Assembly: GCF_036321535.1 (NCBI RefSeq)
Contig: NC_087438.1
Location: 8,556,001 to 8,620,000 of the forward strand
DNA: 64,000 nt
Direction of reading: 5' to 3'
Source of the DNA: Camelus dromedarius
Lineage: Eukaryota
Shown here piece by piece: positions 51,901 to 63,068 of the stretch. Numbering within the stretch: the stretch's first letter is position 1; every line of letters starts with the position of its first letter. The position numbers and the translations under genes are program-made. Under the pieces are notes generated by a model that saw nothing but the letters and a program-made list of their open reading frames with translations, was not told where the DNA came from and searched no databases.

Positions 51901-52789
51901 ACCACAACCTGCCCTCCTTTTTCTTTTTCCACACTCTGCACCACCCCAACATTTACAGCGAAGCACAACTTTAGGCATTTTTAGAACTAACTGCTCATTG
52001 TGGGAACCACACACACATCCCAAAATCTCTCAGACTGTTTTCCTACCACACAGACAAGGGAAGCTGCACCATCTCTCTAGTGACTTAATTCTGAACGTGG
52101 TGGCTGGAGCCAGCTGAGCAGCAATCGATGCAAACACATTACACACCAGAATAAGAGGAAGGTCGGCAAAAAAGAAAAGCAGCTTTGCTTTCGGCCATTA
52201 ATTACGGATCACCCAAATAATCGCATCGCAACCTCCCACGCACATGCACCGGGTTCCAAACCTGGGTTTCAGGCGGCGCTTTCCGGAGCCTCGCTATCTA
52301 TTGTCAGGACTCAGAAGCCCCCGAAACCTGTGAATCAAGCTGAAAACGCTTCCTCTGAAACAGCTAAATATAGACCAAAGGGGCCCCGGGTCTGGCGAGC
52401 CGCGGGAGAGTGAAGAAACAGCCATGGACGCATATGACTAAGTATTTCCATTTTGTTCTAGCCAAACATCGTAATGACATTGAACATAAGGGCAAAAGAC
52501 TGGAGGGAAGTCCTCCCCACCCCCATCCGCCTTCTCCCGTACATTAGGGACGTCATGAATGCAACGGGTATGTTCTGGAGGGTGGCGGGGAGCAGTATTG
52601 TTGGTGTTGCCCTATATACGCCTCCTCCGGGGGAGATGGGTGGCAGGGAGGGGGAGAACGCAGAGAAGACACTTGGTAACCTCTCCAAGAAAGGCACTAA
52701 CCCCGGCCCACGTTCCAGGCAGAGCCGTCTTCCGAGAGGGGACCCGGCGCGTCCGCGGTCCTCCCCCGGACTGGCAGGACCGCGCAGCA

Positions 52790-52822
52790 GCCGCCGCCGC
52801 CACCGCCACCGCCACCGCCGCC
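52790..52822. repeat. Interrupted (GCC)4(ACCGCC)3GCC repeat near the start of intron 1
   Basis: Read directly from the sequence, ~115 nt into intron 1. Confidence 0.9.
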
Positions 52823-52935
52823 CGCCGGCCGGGAGCCGAGGACCAACCCCCACTGGCGGCGAGGAGGAGGGCGAGGAGGAGGACGACGCTGAGGAGGATG
52901 CGCCTGGCCCCAGCAGCCCGGCGCAGGCAACTCAC

Positions 52936-52972
52936 CGAACGGCGCGGCCCCCGATTGCCTCCTCGTGAACAT
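52936..52972 (-). CDS. CTNND2: Coding part of exon 1 of delta-catenin (catenin delta-2): MFTRRQSGAAPF + first base of Gly codon
   Basis: Minus strand ATG TTC ACG AGG AGG CAA TCG GGG GCC GCG CCG TTC G|GTGAGT: 37 coding nt then a canonical donor, inside a CpG island. Matches recalled N-termini of mouse (MFARKQSGAAPFG) and human (MFARKPPGAAPLG) delta-catenin and the recalled 37-nt coding exon 1. Upstream 5'UTR (CTCAGACAACAAAAGCGGAAGATGCTGCAGTTGGGCAAGGTCAGGACCTTGCCCTGAAG) also matches the recalled human CTNND2 leader. Confidence 0.9.
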
Positions 52973-53033
52973 GCACCCGCCACCAGCGACAGCTCCTCAG
53001 TCCAGCGAAAGGCGTGCGCGCCGCCGCCCTGCT

Positions 53034-53069
53034 TCAGGGCAAGGTCCTGACCTTGCCCAACTGCAGCAT
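53034..53069 (-). other. Upstream ORF MLQLGKVRTLP* in CTNND2 5'UTR
   Basis: ATG CTG CAG TTG GGC AAG GTC AGG ACC TTG CCC TGA; context GGAAGATGC (A at -3); stop lies 61 nt upstream of main ATG. Confidence 0.75.
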
Positions 53070-53227
53070 CTTCCGCTTTTGTTGTCTGAGCGCGGCCGCG
53101 GGACAAGTGATGCCGGCGGGGAGCAGGGGCGAGCGCCGCGGGGGAGAGGCGGCTCCCGACGCGAGTGCGCGGCGCCCGGCCCGGCGGCCCCGCCGAGCGC
53201 AGCGAGCGCAGCGCCCCCTGCCCGGCT

Positions 53228-53289
53228 TCCGCGGGCTCCGCGGGCTCCGCGGGCTCGGGGCTCTTGCGGGCTCCTGCGGGCTCCGGGGG
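53228..53289. repeat. Degenerate 9-mer tandem repeat (TCCGCGGGC x3 plus 4 variants)
   Basis: tccgcgggc x3, tcggggc, tcttgcgggc, tcctgcgggc, tccggggc. Confidence 0.85.
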
Positions 53290-53417
53290 CCGCCGCCGCC
53301 GCCGCGCCCGCCGCTCCGCTCGGCCGGGTGCCGCCGCGGGCGCGAGCCTGGGGCCGCCGCGGCTCCCGGCGCCGAGCGCTCCCGTGCTGCGCCCCGCGCG
53401 CGGCCCGCGCCACCTGT

Positions 53418-53447
<30 letters not shown>
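53418..53447 (-). repeat. (GGC)10 trinucleotide repeat in probable CTNND2 5'UTR
   Basis: Ten perfect GCC units on the plus strand. Confidence 0.95.
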
Positions 53448-53448
<1 letters not shown>

Positions 53449-53492
53449 AGGGCGAGGCTCCTCCCGCGGCGCGCGGCTGCCTCAGCCTCCAC

Positions 53493-53618
53493 CTATGCCT
53501 CGGCGGCCGGCTCGGGCGCCCGGCTAGTGAGGGAGCGTCCGCCCCGCCGCCCAAACCTGCCCTGGGTGCCGAGCATGCCCAGTGCCGCCGCCAGAGCGCC
53601 GCGCTTCGCCGTGCGCAT
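53493..53618 (-). other. Candidate distal uORF (ATG at 53618 or 53576) ending in TAG; same frame as the proximal uORF
   Basis: MRTAKRGALAAALGMLGTQGRFGRRGGRSLTSRAPEPAAEA*; real only if transcription starts upstream of these ATGs. Confidence 0.35.
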
Positions 53619-54264
53619 TCCACTTCTCCTGGTTTTCGCGGCAGCAGCGGCAGCAGCAGGAGAGAGGGGAGGAGGCCGCGGGCTGGGAGAGGGCCGAGCA
53701 TCCTGGGGAACGCACACCCCGGCCCTCAGATGGGTGGATGCTCGCGAACCAGGAGAAAGCTGGAAAGGACCGGAGGAAAGCCTGGAACCCTGGGCTGGAC
53801 CGGCCCTCAAAGGGCTGGTTCCTTCATTTACTTGCAAGATGCTGGCAGTTTATTGTGGTCGGGCAGATGTCAGCCTGCAAACAAAGGGCAGGGGTGGAGG
53901 GGCTTCTAAGCTAGCGTGTGTGCGCTTTGGGGCAGGCGGCAGGCTAAATGTACCTGCTGCTGGGTACAGGTGGGGCCTCTCAAATCCTGTGGTTCTAGAG
54001 CAAAGAAGGCAGGACATCCATCTCTGGTCTTCCCAAACAGCGTCTGTCCATTCTCACCGTCACTCCCAGTGCTTAGATTTAACGTGCTTTTCGCGGGTGG
54101 AGAGACTTTCTCCTTAAACGGAATGCCCCTGGTTTTGTATCTGAAATGTATGTAAACTTCCTGCAAGAAAGACCCTTGTCTAGTCTGGAACTTGAGCACA
54201 ACGCTAAGTTCCCCTCCTCCTCCAGCGCCCCCTCTTCTCTTTTCCAACTGCTGCACCTCTGTCA

Positions 54265-54308
54265 CCTTCTCTTCCTCCTCCCCTTCCTCCTCCCCTTCCT
54301 CCTCTCCC
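54265..54308. repeat. Polypyrimidine tandem (cttcctcctccc) x2-3 upstream of the promoter
   Basis: Read directly. Confidence 0.8.
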
Positions 54309-56649
54309 AGGCTAAGATGAAAACCCTCACTTGTTCCTTCCCCCATAGTCTTCCTATACCCCCTGCATTGTTCTCGTCATTTTCAGATGAGTTTTCTGTG
54401 TCACCTCCTGGTTTGACAGCTCACTGACTCCATGGGGACCTCTCTATGCCTCCCTTGCTGTGAAATACAGCAGGGAACAGTGAAAAGTCTTGTTAGAAAA
54501 CAAGACCCTTGTCTTGTGCCAGAGAAGTCCTCTGGGCCTTCACCCGTGTCCCTCTGTTTGGGAAGTCGTGACGGGTCTCGACCCTACCGCAATTACAAGC
54601 CTTGGGCGGGCAGAGCGGGGCGTGCCCGGGGACCAGGGCAATGCCCTTCCTAATGATGCCACGGCTCACCATCCCTGACCCTGCAGATCCCAGACTAAGG
54701 TGGTATTTTCCCCACTTCTCCCCTCCCCAGAGCTGGTGTCTGAGACACAATAAGCATGACAGCGTGAGGAAATTGTAATCAGAGGGATTCGAGGGGCTGG
54801 TGATTCTCAGTAGCCAAGTGCTTCTCTTTTATGTCAGAAGAGATTATCCAGCAAAGTTAAATGCCTTGAATATTTATCCGGGGCTATCCTCTATTATACT
54901 TCGGAGGAAGTTAAAATATAATTTGAAGGAAGAGCAAAGGAGGAAAGTTTAGACAGGTTAAACACGTAGAAATAAATGCAAAAAGCAGCAGATTAAGCAA
55001 GGACTTTTCACAACGGTGCAAATGTTCATTATTCATCCTCCTCCGTTGGGGCTGCTCCTGCCGTGATAGGCTTGGTCGCACCTCGAAGAGTAGTTTGCCA
55101 GCCTGGCTCCCAGTTTTGAAGCTGGCTTCTTCTTAAAATACTTCAGATTCCTCTGAAGGAAGACACTTCAGGGCCATTTTTCAGCAGCTGTGAACTGTAT
55201 TTTTTCTTTTTTTTTAATTCTCAGAAAGACAGTTCAATTACTGTGGAGTATTTGGTACAAGACGAATTAGCAGTGCTGTATCCATTAGGCCACATTATAT
55301 TTTAAAGGATGTTCTCTGTTTTCACTGTAGCTTTGGTTAGATTTTTGAAAAACGATGTTTAACATGTACTCCTGTTTGCAGCCTTTAACTCAGGAAGTCA
55401 TGGGCCGCTCATTGGGGGGTTGGGGAGGTGGGAATGCAGACTTTGAGGGTAGGTCGGCTACACTTTGGATTAACTTTAAAGCAGGTTAAAATAATATCCA
55501 CAGCAAATAGATGTGTCTTTTATGCCTATATAAATGTAAGTTAAGAAAATAATTTTCAAAGTTTTTTAGGGTTATTTTTGAGAAAAGCCATAGCAAACCC
55601 TACTGATTAACTATATGCCTTGGAAAGACCCCCCGCAGGCAGTCCCCTATAGACGTCTTTAGAGGGAAGATGATTTCTGTTCTTGTAAAATAACTTATAA
55701 CTTAGGATATTATTAAAAGCAAAATTTGATAATGTTGAAGAATAAAATAAAATGATCATGGGTGGTGTTAGATCTTGGAACGACTCACTGCTGCCATCTT
55801 TTGCCTCCTGCTTCTGATAGTTCCTATAAAAAGGCATATTGTGAATTCCCTAGGTCACTAGAAGACCAGAAAATTGATGACTTATTATTTTCAAATTATA
55901 CTACTCAATGCTAAAAGAGAAATCATTATTTTCTTCTGTTTGTATACCCAAAGAGTCATGTGATACAGAAATCACACCTAAATACTATGTGTTCTACCTC
56001 TTGACTTTTCAGATCACTTTTCCAAAGTTGAAGAAAATGTATTTTTATGGGAATTTTACTAATTTTTTTCTAGGAATAAGACCTAATAGTTAAAATATTT
56101 TTATCAATTAATGCATCATATTTTATAGTTCAAAATATGCCAGTTTTAGAAGAGTGACACCCTTGTTTGATTTGAAGCAATTTAAATATAGCATTGTATC
56201 TTACCATTCAGGTTCAAGTAGAAGATAATATTACTGTAATTTTTAAAGTGAAGTACCCATGCATAAACAAATGGAAATTTCTCAAATTGGAAAATTAAAC
56301 AATTGAGTGATTGTTGTTGCTGTCTGGCACTTAATCAGGGAAAGTAATGACAGTTCTTTAAAATGTACAATTTAAATTTTAAGTCAAATTCTCTAGAATA
56401 GGAATATAATTATGTATATATTTATATTTATATATTTAATAGATAGATATATATTTAAACACTGTTACCAGTCATAAAAATACGCTGGAAAATACTACTC
56501 TGTTTTTAAAGATGTTTAAAGTAATTTACCTAATTTGAATTAACCATTATAATTAAGATCAGTGTGCGGGTCATTTCACTATTTGATTTGAAACTTCACA
56601 CTTTCACACAAACCACCTTTTACTACTGCCATGACTCATGATGGTATCA

Positions 56650-56800
56650 TTCATTCATTCATTCATTCACCAGCGAATGTTATTGGGTATCTGCTGTGGT
56701 TCAGACACTGGACAAAATTTGGTGAATCAATAGCACACAATAGACAAGAAAACAAAATCCCTGTCCTCATGGAATTTAATCCTAAATTGGGGCTATTAGG
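56650..56800 (-). mobile_element. L2 3' terminus
   Basis: (tcat)n tail, ...cagacactgg...aaaatccctgtcctcatggaattta. Confidence 0.7.
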
Positions 56801-57621
56801 CAATAGAAGAAAGAAAAACATGCTGAGGAAGTAACCACACTCTAATATCCTTATTTCTTTCTAATTGTCACTATGCTTGTGGTGTTGATTCTTTTATTCA
56901 ACGCCTTTCCTTCCACATTTTCTCATTGTTTTTGCCTCTTCCGGGGGTTTTGTTTTTCATGCCCGAACATGGGTAACATGGAGAGGAAACAGTATCGAAA
57001 GTACTGAAGCAAAGCAAGGAAAGGGGTACAGAGAGTGTGCTCAATAAAATGGCTGCGGTTCTCCAAGGCACAGTGGACCCAGGAGTGGACTCAAGGAAGG
57101 AATCAGAGCAGTGAGGTGTCTAGTGAAGGCTCCTACATGTGTCAGAAGTCACAACCTTTTAGGCTTGAATGTCTAAATCCAATGTAGGCTAGTCAAGGCA
57201 TCGAGGATGTCAGGCATTATTGGTCAGAAGTGGACAGTGGGTCAAAAGCCTAGGTCAACAGGCATGGGTGAATTGCATATACAGAAAGAAGACATCAAGT
57301 TATGGAATATGAAGCTGGGTACAGAATCTTAATAACAGATATTGGCAGCAAGGAGAAATAAGTGTTACGCTATGATTTATCAGCAATGCTTATAGATTTG
57401 ATGGGCTTCTAGAGGATGAAGGAATTGACTCCCCAGATTGGCTGGCTTGACACCTACGGGCAAGAATGAGAAGGAGCAACCTATAAAATAAGATCCAAAG
57501 GGTGGAACAGGGAAGCTCTCATCAAGTTTCATCCAGGCTTTCTTGATAAATTTTAAGGCAGAGTTGATTGAGTATAAAAATTTCATCAACAAAATTGCAG
57601 GTTTTATACCAAGAATCTAGG

Positions 57622-58355
57622 TCAATGGTTCTTACTGGAAGAATTACCGCCTCCCCAGGAGGTATTTTAGAAATGTGTAAGAGGGTATTTTCTTATTGTT
57701 ACTAGTTTTTAGTGGTCACAAGCCACACATTTTAAACATTATGTGATATATGTGACAATCCCACAGGAGGAAGGGTAGCCTGTATCCTTCACGACTTTTC
57801 ATCTGTGATTGTTAAGAACCTGTTCACACCTTTCTAAGCCTACCACATTTCTCCATATTATACAGAAGCAAGAAGCACTTTTGCATGGTTTTAAGATGCA
57901 TTGAATTTTGCAAGAATGCTACTAAGATATAAATGATGAAAATAGTTAACATTGTTTTGTTCAGAAATTGACCAACGTCTGTTCATAAGATTAAGAACAG
58001 CATCACCGGTAGTATATATCTCATCAAAAGAAGGCTCCTGGACCAGTCTATTTTTATAGCCATCATCATTACAGTGATGCTACACGGACAGGTACCTGAG
58101 TGTCCGATTAGCTCTTCTAGCCTAGTTGTAACCAAGCATCTACATAAAGGAAACAGTAATATTTTATTTTGAATAACTTTCCTTTTGTTTCTTCTTTATA
58201 TGAGACTACTGTGTATGTCCTTAAAAATCAATTAATATCTGTGAATTTCTTTTCAAAATAGCAACGTAACCATTACACAATATTTATTAACAATATGTTA
58301 AAATTTGTAAACATTTGTTAAAAATAGGGCATTGGATTTCATAGGTTTGAGAATG
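57622..58355. mobile_element. hAT-Charlie (Charlie4-like) DNA transposon remnant
   Basis: Termini caatggttctta... and ...ggtttgagaatg; internal tttgcatggttttaagatgcattgaattttgcaagaatgctact. Confidence 0.5.
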
Positions 58356-58769
58356 AAATATCAAAATGATTCACTTAAGAAAACCAACAGCATGTATTAG
58401 GATCATGTATACTGCAGCCCCAGGAAGGGAAGCTGGGTTTGTTAGCAAGTTTGGACCCCATCAACGTGTTAATTATTATTATATGATTTTTATCATATAA
58501 ACTAATAATAATTACTGATTAATCACATACACAGGTCTCAAAAGTGGCCTGCATGCATAGGAAGAATCTACAAATTAATCCTGATCTCTCTTTAGTCTTA
58601 CAGCCTCAGATTCAGCTTTTTTCCTTGATCCTGAATATTTGTCCACATCCCCATTTACTGTGTTGTCTTGTTTTAGAACTTTGATTTGGCCTTTCAGATT
58701 TATCTATCCTCTACTTTCTCAATTCACTCCTCTAATTAAACGAAAATAGTCTAATTCAGTCCAAATCAC

Positions 58770-59245
58770 TGCTGGTGGCTTTCCCAGTGTCTACCCTCCC
58801 CATCTTCCTTTTGCATAGGACCCAGATTTTGTTTGGAGCGACACGTGACCACCTATAAAATAACGCTTCTCAGTTTCGATTGCTGCTGCGTGTAATCTGG
58901 CAGGGAGACGAGCAGGAGAGTCTGAGGGAGCGTTCAGAGAGCAGTGTGCTTCTGTGGAAAGGGAACCTCCCCGATTCTGCCTCTTCTTCCTTCTTCCTAA
59001 AGTTTGTCATGCAGACTGCAGGCTGGATTTGGACCTGCCACACTGCATCTAGGAATTGTCCTTGACAGTGAGAGTCAGAGACCAAAGGTGGTAGAGCCTA
59101 AGATGGAAGGATACTGAAAGTTTCCTGAAGCTGCTGTACCAGCATGCGCTTGTGCCCCTGGGCTTCCAATTATGGGAGAGAAATTAACCTTTCTTTCCTT
59201 AAGCCATGGTGATTGGTTTCTGTCATGCATAGCCAAATGCAGTCT
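58770..59245 (+). mobile_element. Old MaLR LTR (MLT1J-like)
   Basis: ggacccagattttgttt...gggagagaaattaacc...ttaagcca.ggtgattggtttctgtca...agccaaatgca. Confidence 0.55.
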
Positions 59246-61399
59246 CCTATGTATATGTTCTGTAATCTCTGCCCTCTGCTCACTACAGCTGTTATCACTC
59301 TAAGTATTTCCCTTGCAATATATTTTCTATGAAATTAAAAAATTTTTTGATGAAATGAGTACATGAATATGGTCTGAAATTGTATGTTTAGAAGCTAAGT
59401 CAATGAATGACATGAGATTTTTTGTCACTGACCAATGAATGAAGCCATATTCAAAGTTTTGCACAATGAGTCCACTCTAAATAACCCAGTGATTTTTACA
59501 CTATCTCCCAAAAGGAGTAACTCATTTTTCATTCCTGGGTCTCCTTAATGGTTGTCACCATTCCAGTGTTACTCTCCAGGTTGTGTAGAGTGCACATTCT
59601 GAAATCAACGTACTCACTAAAATCTTTGACGGTCCCATTTTACTACCTATAAAATAAGCAGAATCTTGCTTCTTAGAATATGGTGAGAATTACATGAATG
59701 AACCAGTCCATGGTAAACAAATGGCACTATGCCTGGTACATAGTAAGCAACTAGTAAATTATGGCTAATATTAGTGATGACATTAAAATGCCCTTTTACT
59801 CGCGCTGTTTTAGCTGCTGTACCAGAGCACACTTATTATCTGATTGCACATCTTATTCACTCATGAAGACACAGAGGCGATACCACCTTGTCAATGAATG
59901 CTTTTCATAAATTCATTTTACCTAATAAGCATTAACTGCATTTCTTCCACATGCAGAGAATTACATCCTGCAGATTAATGATGAGAGCTTACAGTGATCT
60001 TCATTTTGTAAACTGGCTGGTTTACTGCTTTCACAGAATTTTCAGGAATCCACAAATGCATAATGCTCAGACCAGAGTCAAGTATCTTTCCCATTTATTA
60101 TATTTCATGATAGTATATATATCATATGCTCTAATTGGCTCTTCCATACAATTTATCACTTTAGTGTATCTGTTAATAATAATGTTATCAAATAGTTCCC
60201 GTATTCTCTAAGATTTTATCTGTGTACATGGAAGTACATGGCTGGTTATATGTTGTATTTTTTGTAGTCTTAACCACCATCCTTGCAGAATTGCTGGGGA
60301 TGATTTTGCCAAATAATTGAACATGAAGTTTGTGTAAAATTTAGCTTATTCTGAAGGTAACAAATTCTCATCATAAATAAATTAGAAAATTTTTTAAATT
60401 ATGAAAAAGGAAAAAATCATTATCTCATGACCCAGAACTAAGGCAGTTCGGTTTAATTATTGTCCGCAAAGTTATATCTTCTTATTCAGTCAAAATTAAA
60501 TTCCTGTACTTTTCCCATTTCATTTTGTATGGCTGCACTTTCCTGTTATAAGGTTTGATCATTCTTTATATAGCCAATTGTCTGGTTTATACATTTTGGC
60601 TGTTATTACATGATTTCTCCCATGATAATAAAGTTTCACCTAAGACTGTTTTCTTAAACTGTTGGAAATGATAAACATCCCAACTGAGAAAGAGACCAAA
60701 CTTCAATTTCTGGATAAGGTAGAATCATTTGTGGTAGTACCGTGCTTCTACTGAAAATAATTATAATTCTTGAATAAAAACCAAAAACTATTTCTCTAAA
60801 GCATCAGAAATCTGCTGAAGCAAAATGACCAGATGATCCAAGATTTCAGGCAGGAGAGGATGTGGAGGGTGGAATGGATGCTGTGTTTGCTTCTTGCCTG
60901 AAACTTTTGCCAATTCTGGATGCAGTGAAAGAGGCTGAGCTTTGAGTCTTTTCCAGGGCAGAGGGCCTCTGTTTGAGACACAGATGCAAACAGAGGTTTT
61001 GCTGGTCTCATAGGGCTTCAAATTAAAATTAATAAAGATTCCAGTGAGAAGGGGGAACAAAGTACTGAGGCTGAAACATGACTGATTTTCCCTTCAAAAC
61101 TTTTGCTAATTTCTGAAACTACATAGGGCCAAAAAGCAAAAAAAAAAAAAAGCCTCTGAAAATTGGAATGTAAATTTCACAGTCTTGCTGTGTAGAAAAG
61201 AAAAGATTTACATTCAAGGCCTTCCTGAGACAGTGGCCTTGGGAAACTCAAGTTCTCAGTTAAAATCCCTAGAGGTTTGCTTTCTGAGATCTGAGAATAA
61301 CAGAGGTAGGTGGACACTTACCAATATTCTGACCCCACTCAATTCAGCAAAGTCCCTGATTAGATTAGAGGTGGCCAGTTCATCTATCTGACTAACAGA

Positions 61400-61720
61400 G
61401 AAAAGAATGAACTTTCAAGCAAAATTTCACAATTTTTATTATACAATGTCCAGCATTCCTAAAATTTATTATACAAGACAGGAGTAAATGATCACTAACA
61501 AATTAACAAATATATAATAGAAATATAACCATAGGTGACTCAGATATTGGCATTAGCAGGCAAAATATTTAAAAGAATAATGATCAATATGTTCAAGAAA
61601 ATATAGGAATGTAGGAAAAAATGGAGAAAAAAATGGAAAGATGGATAAATTCACTGAGAATTGGAATCCATGAGAAAGAATCCAATGGGAATTCTAAAAC
61701 TTAAAAATAAAATAACTGAC
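61400..61720 (+). mobile_element. Old L1 ORF1-region remnant
   Basis: tgactcagatattggcattagcagg.aaaatattt...tcaatatgttcaag...aagaatccaatgggaattctaaaacttaaaaataaaataactga. Confidence 0.55.
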
Positions 61721-62683
61721 ATTCATTTTAATAATAAATTTTATTTAACCCATTATATACAAAATATTATTATCAAATGCACATGTAACATTTGACAAAA
61801 TCAACCATATGCAAGTCACAAGTTTGAAATATTTGGAACCATCCAGAGTATATTCTCAGACAAGAGAGACATTAAGTCAGAAATCAGTAACTGTTGTGGT
61901 GATCATTTCATAATGTATACAAATATCAAATCACTATATTGTACAGGTGAAACTAATATAACATTGTACATTAATTATAATTCTACTTAAAAAAGAAATA
62001 GAAGGGAGACCTTTCTCCCTGGTAGGAACTTTATACTCCTTCAAAATCAATTTGCTTAAGAAAGTTATATTCACATAAACGATAAACAGCATATGTGTGT
62101 CATAACCTGTGAGATGCAACCAGAACATCTTTATAGCATCTCTAAAACCTATTATGTCATGTACAAAATGTATGCACTGCAGCAAGTTGTAGGTGTTTGA
62201 CAGCAGCCAACGTGAGGCTGATATCCTTGAAAGAGAGGAGGCAGGCGAAGGATGCCCGGCTTTTATGCACGTTGTCTTCCTGGAAAAATTTTCTGGAGTG
62301 TGATGCATTTATATAGAATGCGAGCCAGAACAGTGGTTTCACTAGACAGAGAATGGAGAGATTAGAGTGGGGCAGGGGGGTCACTGCAGAGGCTGTGATT
62401 TAGGAGAGAATGTACTGCAAAAGGGGGAACCATGGAGAGGAAAATCCAGAAGTTTCCATAGGGATCCCTCTTGGGTGTCTTGATCAAATCTTGGACTCAT
62501 AACAGTAGAACAAGACTCCTAGAGGCCAGGCAGGGAGCAACCACTGGGGGCAGCAAGCCAAGCAAGGAGGCTGGCAGTTGTTCTGTATTCTGGAGACTCG
62601 GACAGTCAGGCCCAGCGAGAGTGGAAAATCTTTATGAGCAAGTCAAAGATTGAGCTGAGGTATTAGAAAGGCCATCTGATAAG

Positions 62684-63068
62684 AGTGTGTGGACTGAATT
62701 CTGTTCCTCCAAAATTCATATGTTGAAACTCTAACCCCTGCTGTGGCTGTATGCAAAGATGTGACCTTTAAAGAAGTAATTAACGTTAAATGAGTTTATA
62801 GGGATTGGGCTGTAATCCAATAGGTCTGGTGTCCTTATAAGCAGAGAAAGAGAGACTAGAGGTGTGTCCACACAGAGAAGAGGCCACGTGAGGATGTAAC
62901 GAGAAGGTGGCCATCTGCAAGCCAAGGAGAGGGATCTCAGAGAAACCCATCCTGCGGACACCTCGATCTTGGACTTCCAGCTTTCAGAACTGCGAGAAAA
63001 TTAATTTCTGTTGTCTAAGTCACCCAATCTGTGAGATTTTGTTTTGGCCACACTAGCAAACTAGTATA
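62684..63068 (+). mobile_element. MLT1B-like MaLR LTR
   Basis: tgtggactgaattctgttcctccaaaattcatatgttgaa...ctggtgtccttataag...gaaggtggccatctgcaagccaaggagag...tcttggacttccagc. Confidence 0.85.

Larger units (their letters stand above)
1..52935 (-). other. CTNND2: Part of the very long intron 1 of CTNND2 (continues beyond window start)
   Basis: Begins at donor GTGAGT (plus strand actcac 52930-52935). No sequence encoding the expected exon 2 peptide (GAMPVPDQ...) appears in the ORF track or was spotted by eye. Repeat-rich; CTNND2 intron 1 is known to be >100 kb in human. Confidence 0.8.
52690..53760. promoter_or_regulatory. CTNND2: CpG-island promoter / 5'UTR of CTNND2 (TATA-less, GC boxes)
   Basis: Extremely GC- and CpG-dense block spanning exon 1; GC box ccgcccc at 53539-53545; E2F-like tttcgcgg at 53634-53641. 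TSS cannot be fixed from sequence; probably ~53.5-53.7 kb by analogy. Confidence 0.9.

Noticed and set aside
52976-52996. REST/NRSE-like motif just upstream of the ATG; also left half-sites near 5908, 16548 and 51592
   Set aside because: Only ~15/21 matches with a poor left half; the others lack the right half.
52612-53106. Minus-strand ORF with a signal-peptide-like stretch (RRILLSVVLLLALLLAASGG)
   Set aside because: Starts at TTG, runs across the exon-1 donor into the intron, and the Leu run is just the antisense of a GAG-rich low-complexity tract.
52474-54117. Long plus-strand ORFs over the CpG island (164, 314 and 367 aa)
   Set aside because: Low-complexity Arg/Pro/Ala/Gly products expected from stop-poor GC-rich DNA; no recognisable domain.
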